Part shown: positions 38,370 to 47,527 of the stretch, piece after piece | Position numbering within the stretch: the first letter of the stretch is position 1 | Layout: each line of letters opens with the position of its first letter | Assembly: GCA_965215185.1 (NCBI GenBank) | Contig: OZ244034.1 | Coordinates: 512,001-576,000, forward strand | Reading direction: 5' to 3' | DNA length: 64,000 nt | From: Acidimicrobiia bacterium | Lineage (GTDB): Bacteria; Actinomycetota; Acidimicrobiia; Spongiisociales; ZC4RG35 | Translations under genes and position numbers: made by a program | The notes under the pieces: model-generated | What the model was told of the DNA's origin: nothing | Seen by the model: only the letters and a program-made list of their open reading frames with translations | The model's database searches: none

Positions 38370-39263
38370 ATGGCGGTGGTGGGTCCCACCGCTTCCGCGA
38401 AAAGCGAGGTGGCGATGGGTTTGGCCGAAAGAACCGGCGGAGAAATCATCTCTGTGGATTCCGTGCAGGTTTATCGGGGAATGGATATCGGCGCGGCCAA
38501 GCCATCGCCGCTTATGCAGGCTCAGATTCGCCATCACCTGATCGATGTGGTTGATCCGCAAGAGCCCTTTACTGTTGCTGAGTTCCAAAAGACTGCGCGG
38601 AGGGTTATCGCCGAATCAAGTATCCCTCTGATCATCTGCGGTGGCTCCGGTCTGCACTTTCGGGCCGTGGTTGACCCTTTTACTTTTCCTCCCCATGACC
38701 CGGCGGTACGAGCCGGTCTGGATCTTTTGGCGCCTGCCATAGCCCGTGACCGGTTGCTTGCGGCGGATCCGGCCGCGGGCCTCCGTCTGGATTTGGCGAA
38801 TCCCCGGCGGGTGGCCCGCGCCTTGGAGGTGCTGACCCTGACCGGATCCACTCCTTCGCAGCGGGCGGAAGGACCCTTTCGTTCTGAGGTGAATAACTAC
38901 CAGGCGATGATCCCCTTCAGGGCAGTAGGGCTCGACCCGGGGGAGAACATCGGCGAGCGGGTTTCCGCCCGGTTGAAGGCAATGAGAAGGGAAGGGTTCT
39001 TGGACGAGGTGGCCTCTTTGGCCGACCGGATGGGCCCCACTGCTTCCCAGGCGGTGGGCTATCGCCAACTTCTGGACGTGGTGCGGGGCGAGATTACCGA
39101 AGAGGAGGGGTTTAGGCGGGCCGAGCGGGCTACATTGGCGTTAGTGAAAAGACAGCGGACCTTTTTTCGGCGGGATCCAAGGATTCGATGGCTGCCTTGG
39201 TCTCCGGATCCCGATGAGAGGCTGGCCGGGGCCTGGGAGGCGTTTTCGGGACAGTGGTCATGA
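38370..39263 (+). CDS. miaA: tRNA dimethylallyltransferase
   Basis: GPTASAKS, DSVQVYRGMDIG, KRQRTFF. Confidence 0.95.
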   Translation: MAVVGPTASAKSEVAMGLAERTGGEIISVDSVQVYRGMDIGAAKPSPLMQAQIRHHLIDVVDPQEPFTVAEFQKTARRVIAESSIPLIICGGSGLHFRAVVDPFTFPPHDPAVRAGLDLLAPAIARDRLLAADPAAGLRLDLANPRRVARALEVLTLTGSTPSQRAEGPFRSEVNNYQAMIPFRAVGLDPGENIGERVSARLKAMRREGFLDEVASLADRMGPTASQAVGYRQLLDVVRGEITEEEGFRRAERATLALVKRQRTFFRRDPRIRWLPWSPDPDERLAGAWEAFSGQWS

Positions 39264-40003
39264 AGTTTTGGAAAATGGAGGGTTTGGGAAACGATTTCGT
39301 TGTGATCGTAGGTCCCTGCTCGCTCTCGGCCCCGGAGGTGGCTGCTCTTTGTGATCGACGCCGGGGAGTGGGCGCTGACGGGGTGCTGGTGGTTACGGGG
39401 GATGGGGAGCGGGTTGGCATGTCTTACTTCAACGCAGACGGGTCGACGGCCGAGATGTGTGGAAACGGGCTGCGCTGTGTAGCCAGGCTGGCAGTGGACC
39501 AGGGGATGGTGCGGACTTCGGAGTTCGTAGTCGAAACGGCGGTCGGTGCCCGGATCGTCAAGGTTTCCGCTTCGGAAGTTACGGCTGAGCTCGGGAGGGT
39601 CACGGTGGGAGAGAGTCGGCGGATCGCGGACCGCGATTTCCAGTTGGTTTCGGTGGGCAACCCTCACGCGGTCACCTGGGTGGATGAACTGGATGGTATC
39701 CCGTTGGAAGCAACCGGGGAGGCGTTGCAGGAGCGGTTTAGCGCCGGGGTCAATGTGGAGATGGTGAGAGTGGCGTCCCCGCAGCGACTGTTGATGCGGG
39801 TTTGGGAAAGAGGTGTGGGGGAGACCAGGGCATGCGGTACGGGAGCGGTAGCGGCGGTGGCCGCTGGCTTGGCCCAGGGCCTCACGGCGCCGGAGGTGCA
39901 GGTGCGGTTGGCCGGAGGTGAAATCCAAGTCAAATTGGAAAGTGACACTTCGTGGATTACGGGCCCGGCTCGGTTGGTCTACCGAGGAGAGTGGCCGGAT
40001 TGA
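39260..40003 (+). CDS. dapF: Diaminopimelate epimerase
   Basis: GLGNDF, EMCGNGLRC, ERGVGETRACGTG. Confidence 0.96.
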   Translation: MKFWKMEGLGNDFVVIVGPCSLSAPEVAALCDRRRGVGADGVLVVTGDGERVGMSYFNADGSTAEMCGNGLRCVARLAVDQGMVRTSEFVVETAVGARIVKVSASEVTAELGRVTVGESRRIADRDFQLVSVGNPHAVTWVDELDGIPLEATGEALQERFSAGVNVEMVRVASPQRLLMRVWERGVGETRACGTGAVAAVAAGLAQGLTAPEVQVRLAGGEIQVKLESDTSWITGPARLVYRGEWPD

Positions 40004-40050
40004 TGCATTGCTCGCGCCAGTAGCCGGCGCGGAGCAATATCCGACACAGG

Positions 40051-40686
40051 TTACCTGAGGGAGCGGAACACCGTAACCACCTTGCCGAGGATGCGGGGCT
40101 GGTCGGGGGAGAACGGAGGGAAGTCGGGATTCTCCGAATGGAGTTCAATCCGCCCATCCGACCGAAAACGGACCCGTTTGACGGTGGCTTCGGTTTCGTC
40201 TACTAGGACAGCAGCTATCTCGCCGTTTTCCACGGTGGGTTGGCTTCTCACCACCACGATGTCACCAGGAAGAATCCCTGCCCCGGTCATAGATTCCCCA
40301 TTCACCTCCAACATGAACAGCTCCCCCTTTCCCACCAACTGAGTGGGAAGGCTCAGTACCTCTTCGACATGCTGGTCGGCCAGGGTTGGTTCCCCGGCGG
40401 CGATGGTTCCCAGCAGGGGGATCCGTTGGAATGAAGGCGGGCTTTGGGACCGTGATGGCGCCATTGGCGGACGCTCCTCCACCACCACCAGGGCGCGGGG
40501 CTTGGAGGGATCCCGGCGAAGCCTGCCGGCCCGGACCAAGGCCGAAATCTGGGCATGCACCGAAGATGGGGAAGCCAGACCCACTGCCTCCCCTATCTCC
40601 CGTACGGTGGGCGGATATCCGCGGTTTTCTATCCGACGCTTGATGAGGTCCAATATTTGGCGCTGGCGGGTGGTTAGGTGGGTCAT
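40051..40686 (-). CDS. lexA: SOS repressor LexA
   Basis: GYPPTVREIG, IAAGEP cleavage site, GESM, ATVK. Confidence 0.97.
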   Translation of the reverse strand: MTHLTTRQRQILDLIKRRIENRGYPPTVREIGEAVGLASPSSVHAQISALVRAGRLRRDPSKPRALVVVEERPPMAPSRSQSPPSFQRIPLLGTIAAGEPTLADQHVEEVLSLPTQLVGKGELFMLEVNGESMTGAGILPGDIVVVRSQPTVENGEIAAVLVDETEATVKRVRFRSDGRIELHSENPDFPPFSPDQPRILGKVVTVFRSLR

Positions 40687-40720
40687 AATGGGGAACCCTA
40701 GCCGAATCCGATCGCTAAAA

Positions 40721-40782
40721 CAAACATATGTTCGGTTTGGGACTCGAACATATGTTCTGTATAGTATCGAACATGCGTTCGA
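40721..40782. promoter_or_regulatory. Three SOS boxes in the lexA/LysM divergent promoter
   Basis: CAAACATATGTTCG (40721), TCGAACATATGTTCT (40744), TCGAACATGCGTTCGA (40767). Confidence 0.9.
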
Positions 40783-41078
40783 CACATACAGAATCACGGA
40801 CAGGCTGGCGAGCCATTGTTCTGGGGCTTTTGCTGGTGTTGATCATCGGGGCATTTTTGTTGTTGTTCGAAGAGGAAGCGGTGAGCGCGTCCGGTGGACC
40901 GCAGGTGACGTCGGTGGTGGTGGAGCCCGGGGACACCCTGTGGGAAATCGCCGACAGATTCGCACCGGAAAGCGCCGATCTTCGGGTAGTGATCAAGGAA
41001 CTGGTAGCGCTGAACGAGTTGCAATCAAAGGTGTTGAAACCTGGTCAGGTACTTCAGGTTCCTTCTGAAAGGCTTTGA
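40773..41078 (+). CDS. TM-LysM SOS cell-division inhibitor (YneA/DivS/ChiZ-like)
   Basis: TM helix plus LysM (VVVEPGDTLWEIA…LKPGQVLQVP); divergent from lexA. Confidence 0.88.
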   Translation: MRSTHTESRTGWRAIVLGLLLVLIIGAFLLLFEEEAVSASGGPQVTSVVVEPGDTLWEIADRFAPESADLRVVIKELVALNELQSKVLKPGQVLQVPSERL

Positions 41079-42223
41079 AGGTCCGAAGTCAGCGACCGGA
41101 TCTCGCGTTCGGTCATTTCGTTGATTTCGTTGAAGGCCCGCTCGAAGTCCTGCCTGACTGCCGTGAGCAACGAGGATATCTGTGACATTGCGACGGTAGC
41201 CTGTTCCGGCTGGCCGCTGCCGACGGCTTCGGAATAGGCTTGGCGATGCACTGCTACGTAGGGCAGGGTCGCTTCGATGGCCTGCTGGTTTTGTAGCAGT
41301 CGCGGCTGATTGGGTGGCGTTGCGATGGCTTGGTCGAGTCGGAATTGCCAATCGGTCAGCAGGGCTGCGTTCTCTGGAAGATTGGAAATCTCCAAAGGCC
41401 CGTTCAGGGAGGGCGGTGTCAGTAGGGGCTCCACTTGCCCTCTGTAGGAGAATGCGGCGCCGAAGGTTTCTCCTAGGCGGGACACACGACCGGCGAGGGC
41501 GGTGGCTGACATCCGCAGCGCGGCCAGGGAAGGTTCGTTGGTGGGAAGAGCTGCCGCGGATTCCACCAGACTACGAGAGGCGGCTCCCAGCGCGGAGATG
41601 GAGGAGACGTGTTCGGGTGTGAAAGAACTGCCCGCCCGGAGGGATTCTAGTGTGATGAGACTATCTTCCACGGACCCGACGGCGACCGAGGCGGCATTGG
41701 TCACCGCCGCCCGTATTTCGGTCTGGCCCGGCTCTGAATCGTTTAGGAACAACAGGACGCCGACGGTGATTGCGGCCGCTATGGCGACGAAGACAAGAGT
41801 GGTCCACAATCCGTTTCGCGATCGGTGGGTGGTTATCTGTCGCAGAGAGTGAAAGGAACTTGGTTGCAAGGGGGTGAGGGGGAGACCGGTTTCGGGTGCA
41901 TTCCACATTTGGTGGATGTCAGCCTCGGAGAGCTTGTGAGCCTGTTGGGGAGGTGGGGCTTGCACGGCTGTTGCCCCCAGCAACGAGGAGGTGGCGGTTC
42001 CGTTGGCGCTGCTCCGGTGGCCGTTGTTTCGAGGTGACGGGTGGTGTGTGCCCGAGGCAGGGCGCATGCCGTTGCCGTTGGTGGGCTCGACAGGGGGATG
42101 GGTGGCTGGGGCGGTAGGTTGATCGGCGGGACGCGGTGTTAATAAAGTGGAGTGACGACCAGGATTCGGTTCCGAGACATCCTCCCGCTGGCGGTGCGAG
42201 GGACTCCGCCGGTTACTGGGCAT
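41054..42223 (-). CDS. Hypothetical membrane protein (disordered N-terminus, one TM, helical C-terminus)
   Basis: About 390-aa ORF; TM segment WTTLVFVAIAAAITVGVLLFL. Confidence 0.6.
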   Translation of the reverse strand: MPSNRRSPSHRQREDVSEPNPGRHSTLLTPRPADQPTAPATHPPVEPTNGNGMRPASGTHHPSPRNNGHRSSANGTATSSLLGATAVQAPPPQQAHKLSEADIHQMWNAPETGLPLTPLQPSSFHSLRQITTHRSRNGLWTTLVFVAIAAAITVGVLLFLNDSEPGQTEIRAAVTNAASVAVGSVEDSLITLESLRAGSSFTPEHVSSISALGAASRSLVESAAALPTNEPSLAALRMSATALAGRVSRLGETFGAAFSYRGQVEPLLTPPSLNGPLEISNLPENAALLTDWQFRLDQAIATPPNQPRLLQNQQAIEATLPYVAVHRQAYSEAVGSGQPEQATVAMSQISSLLTAVRQDFERAFNEINEMTEREIRSLTSDLQSLSEGT

Positions 42224-42314
42224 GAGATGTCTACCACGCGGTTTGCCACGCCGGGCACTAAAGTCTGTATTGGGCAAGCACACCTGCTTTATGGGTGTCC
42301 GCCCGACTTCCACT

Positions 42315-42752
42315 ATGCAGAACCCGAAGGTTAGCGTCCGCAGACTCAATACAAAAGGTAATTTGCCGCGTGCTGCCTATCCGGGGGACGCCGCATTTGA
42401 TCTGCCCACCGCTATCGATGTTGAATTGTCGCCAGGTGAACGTAGGAAGATACCGACGGGTCTGGCCTTTGCCATTCCCGACGGATACGCCGGCTTGGTG
42501 TTGGCCCGCAGCGGTTTGGCCGATCGGTTGGGGGTCGGAATCGTCAACAGCCCAGGGTTGATAGATTCGGGGTACCGTGGAGAAGTCTCGGTTGTCCTGA
42601 TCAATTTTTCGCAAGAAACCGTTCGATTTGCCGAAGGCGATCGCATAGCCCAACTCATGGTGGTGGCGGTCCCTGCTGTCCGCTTGGAGGTAACCGACAA
42701 CCTGGATGAAACCGAACGCGGTGAGGCCGGATTCGGGTCGAGCGGGCGGTGA
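42315..42752 (+). CDS. dut: dUTP diphosphatase
   Basis: RSGLA, NSPGLIDSGYRGE, RGEAGFGSSG. Confidence 0.96.
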   Translation: MQNPKVSVRRLNTKGNLPRAAYPGDAAFDLPTAIDVELSPGERRKIPTGLAFAIPDGYAGLVLARSGLADRLGVGIVNSPGLIDSGYRGEVSVVLINFSQETVRFAEGDRIAQLMVVAVPAVRLEVTDNLDETERGEAGFGSSGR

Positions 42753-42779
42753 CCAGGCGTATATACTCATTCCCCAGGC

Positions 42780-42852
42780 GCGGAAGTAGCTCAGTTGGTA
42801 GAGCGCAACCTTGCCAAGGTTGAGGTCGCGGGTTCGAGCCCCGTCTTCCGCT
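42780..42852 (+). tRNA. tRNA-Gly(GCC)
   Basis: GCGGAAGTAGCTCAG…CAACC-TTGCCAA-GGTTG…GGTTCGAG…CTTCCGCT. Confidence 0.96.
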
Positions 42853-42894
42853 CGTTGTTAGAGTTAAAGTCTCTGCTTTAGTGCAGAGAAGCCC

Positions 42895-42966
42895 GGCGAC
42901 GTGGCCGAGTGGATTAGGCACGGGTCTGCAAAACCCGTTACTCCGGTTCGATTCCGGACGTCGCCT
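42895..42966 (+). tRNA. tRNA-Cys(GCA)
   Basis: GGCGACG…CGGGT-CTGCAAA-ACCCG…GGTTCGATT…CGTCGCCT. Confidence 0.95.
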
Positions 42967-42989
42967 CCGCGATTAGGTATTTTCCGATT

Positions 42990-43061
42990 GGGCCCTTAGC
43001 TCAGAGGGAGAGCGCTTCCTTGACACGGAAGAGGTCAGTGGTTCAATTCCACTAGGGCCCA
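42990..43061 (+). tRNA. tRNA-Val(GAC)
   Basis: GGGCCCT…CTTCC-TTGACAC-GGAAG…AGGGCCCA. Confidence 0.96.
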
Positions 43062-43541
43062 CCCTTTCCCTAACCTGCTCGCACTGCAAGCAATGTGAAG
43101 CTGTTGTGGGTGGCCGAGTAAATGACGGCCACGCCGGGCTGCGAACACCGCCTAACTGGGGTGAACATGGGTGGTTGAGCCGTGTGTCTCCGCTGCAGGC
43201 ATGATGCAAAGCCGGTTGCATTGCCGCACCAGGCTCCCCGTCCGACGTTACCGGCCGGCGTGGCTTACATTCTCTGCTATCGCTCTACTAGCGGGATAGC
43301 AGAACCCAGTCTTGGTCAATGGAATGGGGGATAATGGCTTTGGCGGTGGTCTTTTGGGACGGCAGTGTCGACGATCTACAAATGTACTAAATGTTAAATA
43401 CGTGGGCTGATACGCAGATGTGTAAAGAAAGATCAATGGCTGCATCCAGTGAATCTCTATCGATGTATCTCCTTTATGTCTTGGCGTTTCTATCCGCTAA
43501 TATCCTTCGGAACGGGATCCCAAAACAAAGGAGAGGATTGT

Positions 43542-43943
43542 ATGGATAAACGGAGAAACCTTTCGCCGGAAGTACGAGAGGCAAGAGCTGCGGCCCGTGC
43601 TGAAACCAGAGCCGTGCGGGGATACTTGGAAGGATTGCAAGCATCTGCAGGGCGTCGCGGGCGTCGCAGTTCTCCTCAGGAGGAACTGGCGGCAGTGCAG
43701 GCACAACTGGAATCGGAATCGGATCAAATCTTACGGTTGAACTTAATCCAAAAGCGGATTGATGCCGAGGGGCGTTTGGCGGAGCACCGCGATCCTGTTG
43801 ACATTGAAGCTCTGGAAGCGGAGTTTGTGAAAATAGCCAAGTCCTACTCGGATCGTAAGGGCATCTCCTACAAGGCGTGGAGGGAAATGGGAATTGCGGC
43901 ATCGGTTCTGAGCAAGAGCGGAATCGCCCGGACCCGTTCATAA
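43542..43943 (+). CDS. Basic hypothetical protein, possibly nucleic-acid binding
   Basis: Strong RBS AAGGAGAGG; RRGRR motif, coiled coil, GISYKAWREMGI. Confidence 0.7.
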   Translation: MDKRRNLSPEVREARAAARAETRAVRGYLEGLQASAGRRGRRSSPQEELAAVQAQLESESDQILRLNLIQKRIDAEGRLAEHRDPVDIEALEAEFVKIAKSYSDRKGISYKAWREMGIAASVLSKSGIARTRS

Positions 43944-43973
43944 AGGAACCCCGGGTACAATTCTCTCTTGAGA

Positions 43974-44045
43974 GGGCGCTTAGCTCAGCGGGAGAGCGCT
44001 GCCTTCACACGGCAGAGGTCACTGGTTCGATCCCAGTAGCGCCCA
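43974..44045 (+). tRNA. tRNA-Val(CAC)
   Basis: GGGCGCT…CTGCC-TTCACAC-GGCAG…AGCGCCCA; TACAAT upstream. Confidence 0.96.
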
Positions 44046-44122
44046 CTCCGCATGTGTGTCTGGTGTTGCTCAAGGGCTCTGGATAGGTCACTTGAGCGCC
44101 CTGCGCAGCTTCTTGAAGGTGG

Positions 44123-45082
44123 ATGGCAACTTTGAACCTCCGTAACGCTGATCTGCCGAACGATCTGGTCGGCTTGGAAAGTCTGATAGCTCACATCGAA
44201 AACCATGATCTGCATTCTGCTTTAGGGGAGCGCAAGTACTTTCATGTGGTCGATCATCTTCTGAACACCGATTCCACATCCCCCGGACTGGTGGCCGAGG
44301 ATGATGCTGGAATCATTGCGTATCTGGCGTTCATGGAGGAAAACGGGGGACTGTGGACGGTGGAGACTGTTGTTCATCCCAGCCATCGAACTGATGTGCA
44401 CCTGGATCGCTTCCTGGATGCTGTCTGCCGGGAAGCGAAAGACCGAGGCGGATGCCGTATTCGTCTTTGGGCGTATACGCCCAAGGTGATGCAGGCTGCG
44501 CAGAGAATCGGTTTCAGGTTGGAACGGGAACTTCATCATATGCGGGCGCCCCTTCCCCTTGCGGAAACACCGCGGTTTCCACCGGGAATGGAGATCCGCG
44601 GCTTTCGGTCGGGAGTTGATGAAGAGGCCTGGCTGGAGGGGAACAATCGGATATTCTCCGGGCACCCCGAGAACGGCAACTGGGAGATGGCCGACCTGGA
44701 TCGGCGCCGTCGTCGCCCCTGGTTCTCATCGGAGGGCTTGCGGATGGCATGGGACGGCGAGGAACTGGCTGGGTACTGCTGGACCAAAGTGCCGTCCCCT
44801 CGTGCGGGCGAAATCTATGTAATTGGCGTCCTCCCCGGCTACCAGGGAAGAGGCCTGGGCAAATCTTTACTTTTGGAGGGAATCCGTTACATGCATAGCT
44901 ATCAACAGGCCCGGACCTGCGTTCTTTATGTGGAGGCAAGCAACGTTCTGGCGTTGAACATGTATCGATCCATGGGTTTCGAGCATCATCACACGGACCG
45001 CTCTTATCTCTTTAGGCTGGAAAAGGACGATCAGAGGTTTGTGGAGGGTACCCTATCTGTCGAGTTGAGGAGAGAAGCTTGA
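44123..45082 (+). CDS. mshD: Mycothiol synthase (tandem GNAT)
   Basis: FSGHPENG.W, PWFS, GYCWTK, GEIYVIGV, QGRGLGK, LYVEASN. Confidence 0.85.
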   Translation: MATLNLRNADLPNDLVGLESLIAHIENHDLHSALGERKYFHVVDHLLNTDSTSPGLVAEDDAGIIAYLAFMEENGGLWTVETVVHPSHRTDVHLDRFLDAVCREAKDRGGCRIRLWAYTPKVMQAAQRIGFRLERELHHMRAPLPLAETPRFPPGMEIRGFRSGVDEEAWLEGNNRIFSGHPENGNWEMADLDRRRRRPWFSSEGLRMAWDGEELAGYCWTKVPSPRAGEIYVIGVLPGYQGRGLGKSLLLEGIRYMHSYQQARTCVLYVEASNVLALNMYRSMGFEHHHTDRSYLFRLEKDDQRFVEGTLSVELRREA

Positions 45083-47022
45083 TGTTGCAGTGGGAGTTGC
45101 CCGACGGGAGCCTTAGGACCGGCGAGTTGGGTGTTACCGGTAGAGACTTGGCCAGCCAAATCGGTCCTGGTCTGGCCAAAGCCGCGGTGGCGGTGCAGTT
45201 GGATGGGGAATTGTTGGACCTGACGCGTCCTCTGGAGAAGTCGGGGAAACTTCAGATCATCACCGATCGGACCGAAGAGGGTCGAGAGGTTCTCCGGCAC
45301 TCTGCGGCTCATGTGCTGGCCCAGGCGGTGTTGGATCTCTTCCCGGGGTCCACATTTGCGATCGGGCCTCCTATTGAAGACGGCTTTTATTACGACTTTG
45401 GGATTGAACGTCCCTTCTCTCCCGATGACTTGTCTCAACTGGAAGAGAGAATGGCCGCATTGATTGCCGCGGATCAGCCTTTTGTGCGCCGATCGATAAA
45501 TCGCGATGAGGCAATGGAGATGTTCCATTCACATCCGTTCAAACTGGAGATAATCGAGTCGGTGGATCCCTCCGAAGTGGCTGACGAAGAAGAAGTGACT
45601 ATCTACTCCAACAATGGATTTGTAGACCTGTGCCGTGGTCCACATGTGCCATCCACCGGGCGACTGAAAGCGGTTAAGCTGCTGCGCACCTCGGGCGCCT
45701 ATTGGAGGGGGAACGAAAACAATCCGCAGTTGCAGAGAATATACGGTACCGCCTGGGAATCTCCCCAGGCTCTCCGGGATTATCTTTATCGTTTGGAAGA
45801 GGCGGATCGGCGTGATCATCGAAAGCTCGGTCCCGCCTTGGACCTCTTTTCTTTCCCCCGACGATTGGGGGCCGGATTGATGGTTTGGCATCCCAAAGGT
45901 GGCATGGTCAGGAAATTGATAGAGGATCACAGCCGCAAACTCCATGAACACTTTGGATTTGAGTTCGTCTTTTCTCCGCACCTAGCACGTAGCCAGCTGT
46001 GGGAGACCTCCGGCCACCTTGATTTCTATTCAGAGAACATGTATCCGCCGATGGTGCTGGATGGAGGTGATGAATACCTGGTCAAACCGATGAACTGCCC
46101 GTTTCACGTGCTGATTTATGGTAGCCGGGGCCGTTCTTATCGAGACCTGCCGATTCGAATGTCGGAGTTGGGGTCGGTGTATCGCTATGAACGTTCGGGA
46201 GTGATTCATGGGGCGTTACGCGCCCGGGGTTTCACTCAGGATGATTCCCATACCTTCTGCACGCGCCAACAGTTGCCGGCCGAATTGGATATGCATCTTC
46301 TTTTTGTGTTGAGTTGGCTCAGGGACTTTGGATTCGAGGAATTCGAGGCCGATCTCTCTACTCGTCCCGACAAATTCGTAGGAGATCCACTCCTGTGGGA
46401 AGCGGCAGAGGAGGCTCTGTTGCAGTCACTGCTGAATGCAGGTGTCTCTCATCGGCAGGCAGAAGGGGAGGGAGCATTCTATGGGCCCAAGATCGACGTC
46501 CACGTTCGGGACGCCATCGGTAGGAGGTGGCAGATGTCCACCATTCAGGTTGACTTCGCCCTCCCGGAAAATTTTGGGCTGCAATACACCGATACAGACA
46601 ATGTCTTTCGTCGGCCCGTGATGATCCACAGCGCCAAAGCCGGATCGATAGAGCGCTTTTTCGGGGTGTTGGTGGAGCACTATGCGGGCGCGTTCCCCCT
46701 GTGGCTGGCGCCGGTGCAAGTGGTAGTGAATCCAGTGGCCGACCGTCACATCGACTATGCACATTTGGTGGGGGAGAGGCTGAAATCCGCGGGCCTGCGG
46801 ATCCAGGTGGATTCCTCGTCTGATCGGTTGGGAGAAAAGATCCGGCGAGCCATGACTGCCAAACACCCGGTGGTGATGGTGGTGGGGGACCAAGACGTCA
46901 AGAACGAAACGGTAGGAATGCGCCGCTTCGGAGAACAGCGAGAGAGAAGGGCGGTTCCTCTCGCTGACGCCATAGCCGCGCTGGCGGAGGAGGCCCTTAC
47001 TCCCTTCGACTTCTCCGATTGA
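45079..47022 (+). CDS. thrS: Threonine--tRNA ligase
   Basis: RHSAAH, DLCRGPH, KPMNCP, FYGPK. Confidence 0.97.
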   Translation: MMLQWELPDGSLRTGELGVTGRDLASQIGPGLAKAAVAVQLDGELLDLTRPLEKSGKLQIITDRTEEGREVLRHSAAHVLAQAVLDLFPGSTFAIGPPIEDGFYYDFGIERPFSPDDLSQLEERMAALIAADQPFVRRSINRDEAMEMFHSHPFKLEIIESVDPSEVADEEEVTIYSNNGFVDLCRGPHVPSTGRLKAVKLLRTSGAYWRGNENNPQLQRIYGTAWESPQALRDYLYRLEEADRRDHRKLGPALDLFSFPRRLGAGLMVWHPKGGMVRKLIEDHSRKLHEHFGFEFVFSPHLARSQLWETSGHLDFYSENMYPPMVLDGGDEYLVKPMNCPFHVLIYGSRGRSYRDLPIRMSELGSVYRYERSGVIHGALRARGFTQDDSHTFCTRQQLPAELDMHLLFVLSWLRDFGFEEFEADLSTRPDKFVGDPLLWEAAEEALLQSLLNAGVSHRQAEGEGAFYGPKIDVHVRDAIGRRWQMSTIQVDFALPENFGLQYTDTDNVFRRPVMIHSAKAGSIERFFGVLVEHYAGAFPLWLAPVQVVVNPVADRHIDYAHLVGERLKSAGLRIQVDSSSDRLGEKIRRAMTAKHPVVMVVGDQDVKNETVGMRRFGEQRERRAVPLADAIAALAEEALTPFDFSD

Positions 47023-47028
47023 TTGGCC

Positions 47029-47520
47029 ATGAGTAAAAAGGGACACGACGGGATACTCATTCCCGAGGACTTGGCCCGAGCCGAGGCGGTGCCCGATGAC
47101 CTCGATTCGGGGACGGTGGGCCCTTATCGATTCCCGGACCCTCTTCGTCGCCGGTGGGCGGGATGGGCGTATTTGGGCGGGGCGATCATTTTGGCCGGGT
47201 TGGCCCTTTCCACCCCCGGTCTGTGGATAACGGTTGCTCTCCTGGTGGCGATGGCCGCCTATCACCGGTGGGCGTCGTGGCCACTGTCGCTTGACCAGGC
47301 TGGAGCTTTGAAGGCCGCGGCAGCCGAGGTCCCCTTTGGGGTGGGGCATGCGTCGGTGGCGGTGAGTTTTGTGGGGGTGCGGTCTCGACCCCGTTGGCAG
47401 GTGATTCTCTATTCTTCCGAGAGCCCTCCTCGGCATCGGGCTTTGGTAGAGATCGACGCGGTGAGCGCCGCGTTATGTTCGCAGGTGTACATAGAGGAGC
47501 TGGAATCGCCCCTGCCCTGA
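47029..47520 (+). CDS. Hypothetical membrane protein
   Basis: Two TM helices; follows thrS; PDDLDSGTVGPYRFPD. Confidence 0.6.
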   Translation: MSKKGHDGILIPEDLARAEAVPDDLDSGTVGPYRFPDPLRRRWAGWAYLGGAIILAGLALSTPGLWITVALLVAMAAYHRWASWPLSLDQAGALKAAAAEVPFGVGHASVAVSFVGVRSRPRWQVILYSSESPPRHRALVEIDAVSAALCSQVYIEELESPLP

Positions 47521-47527
47521 GGGCGAG

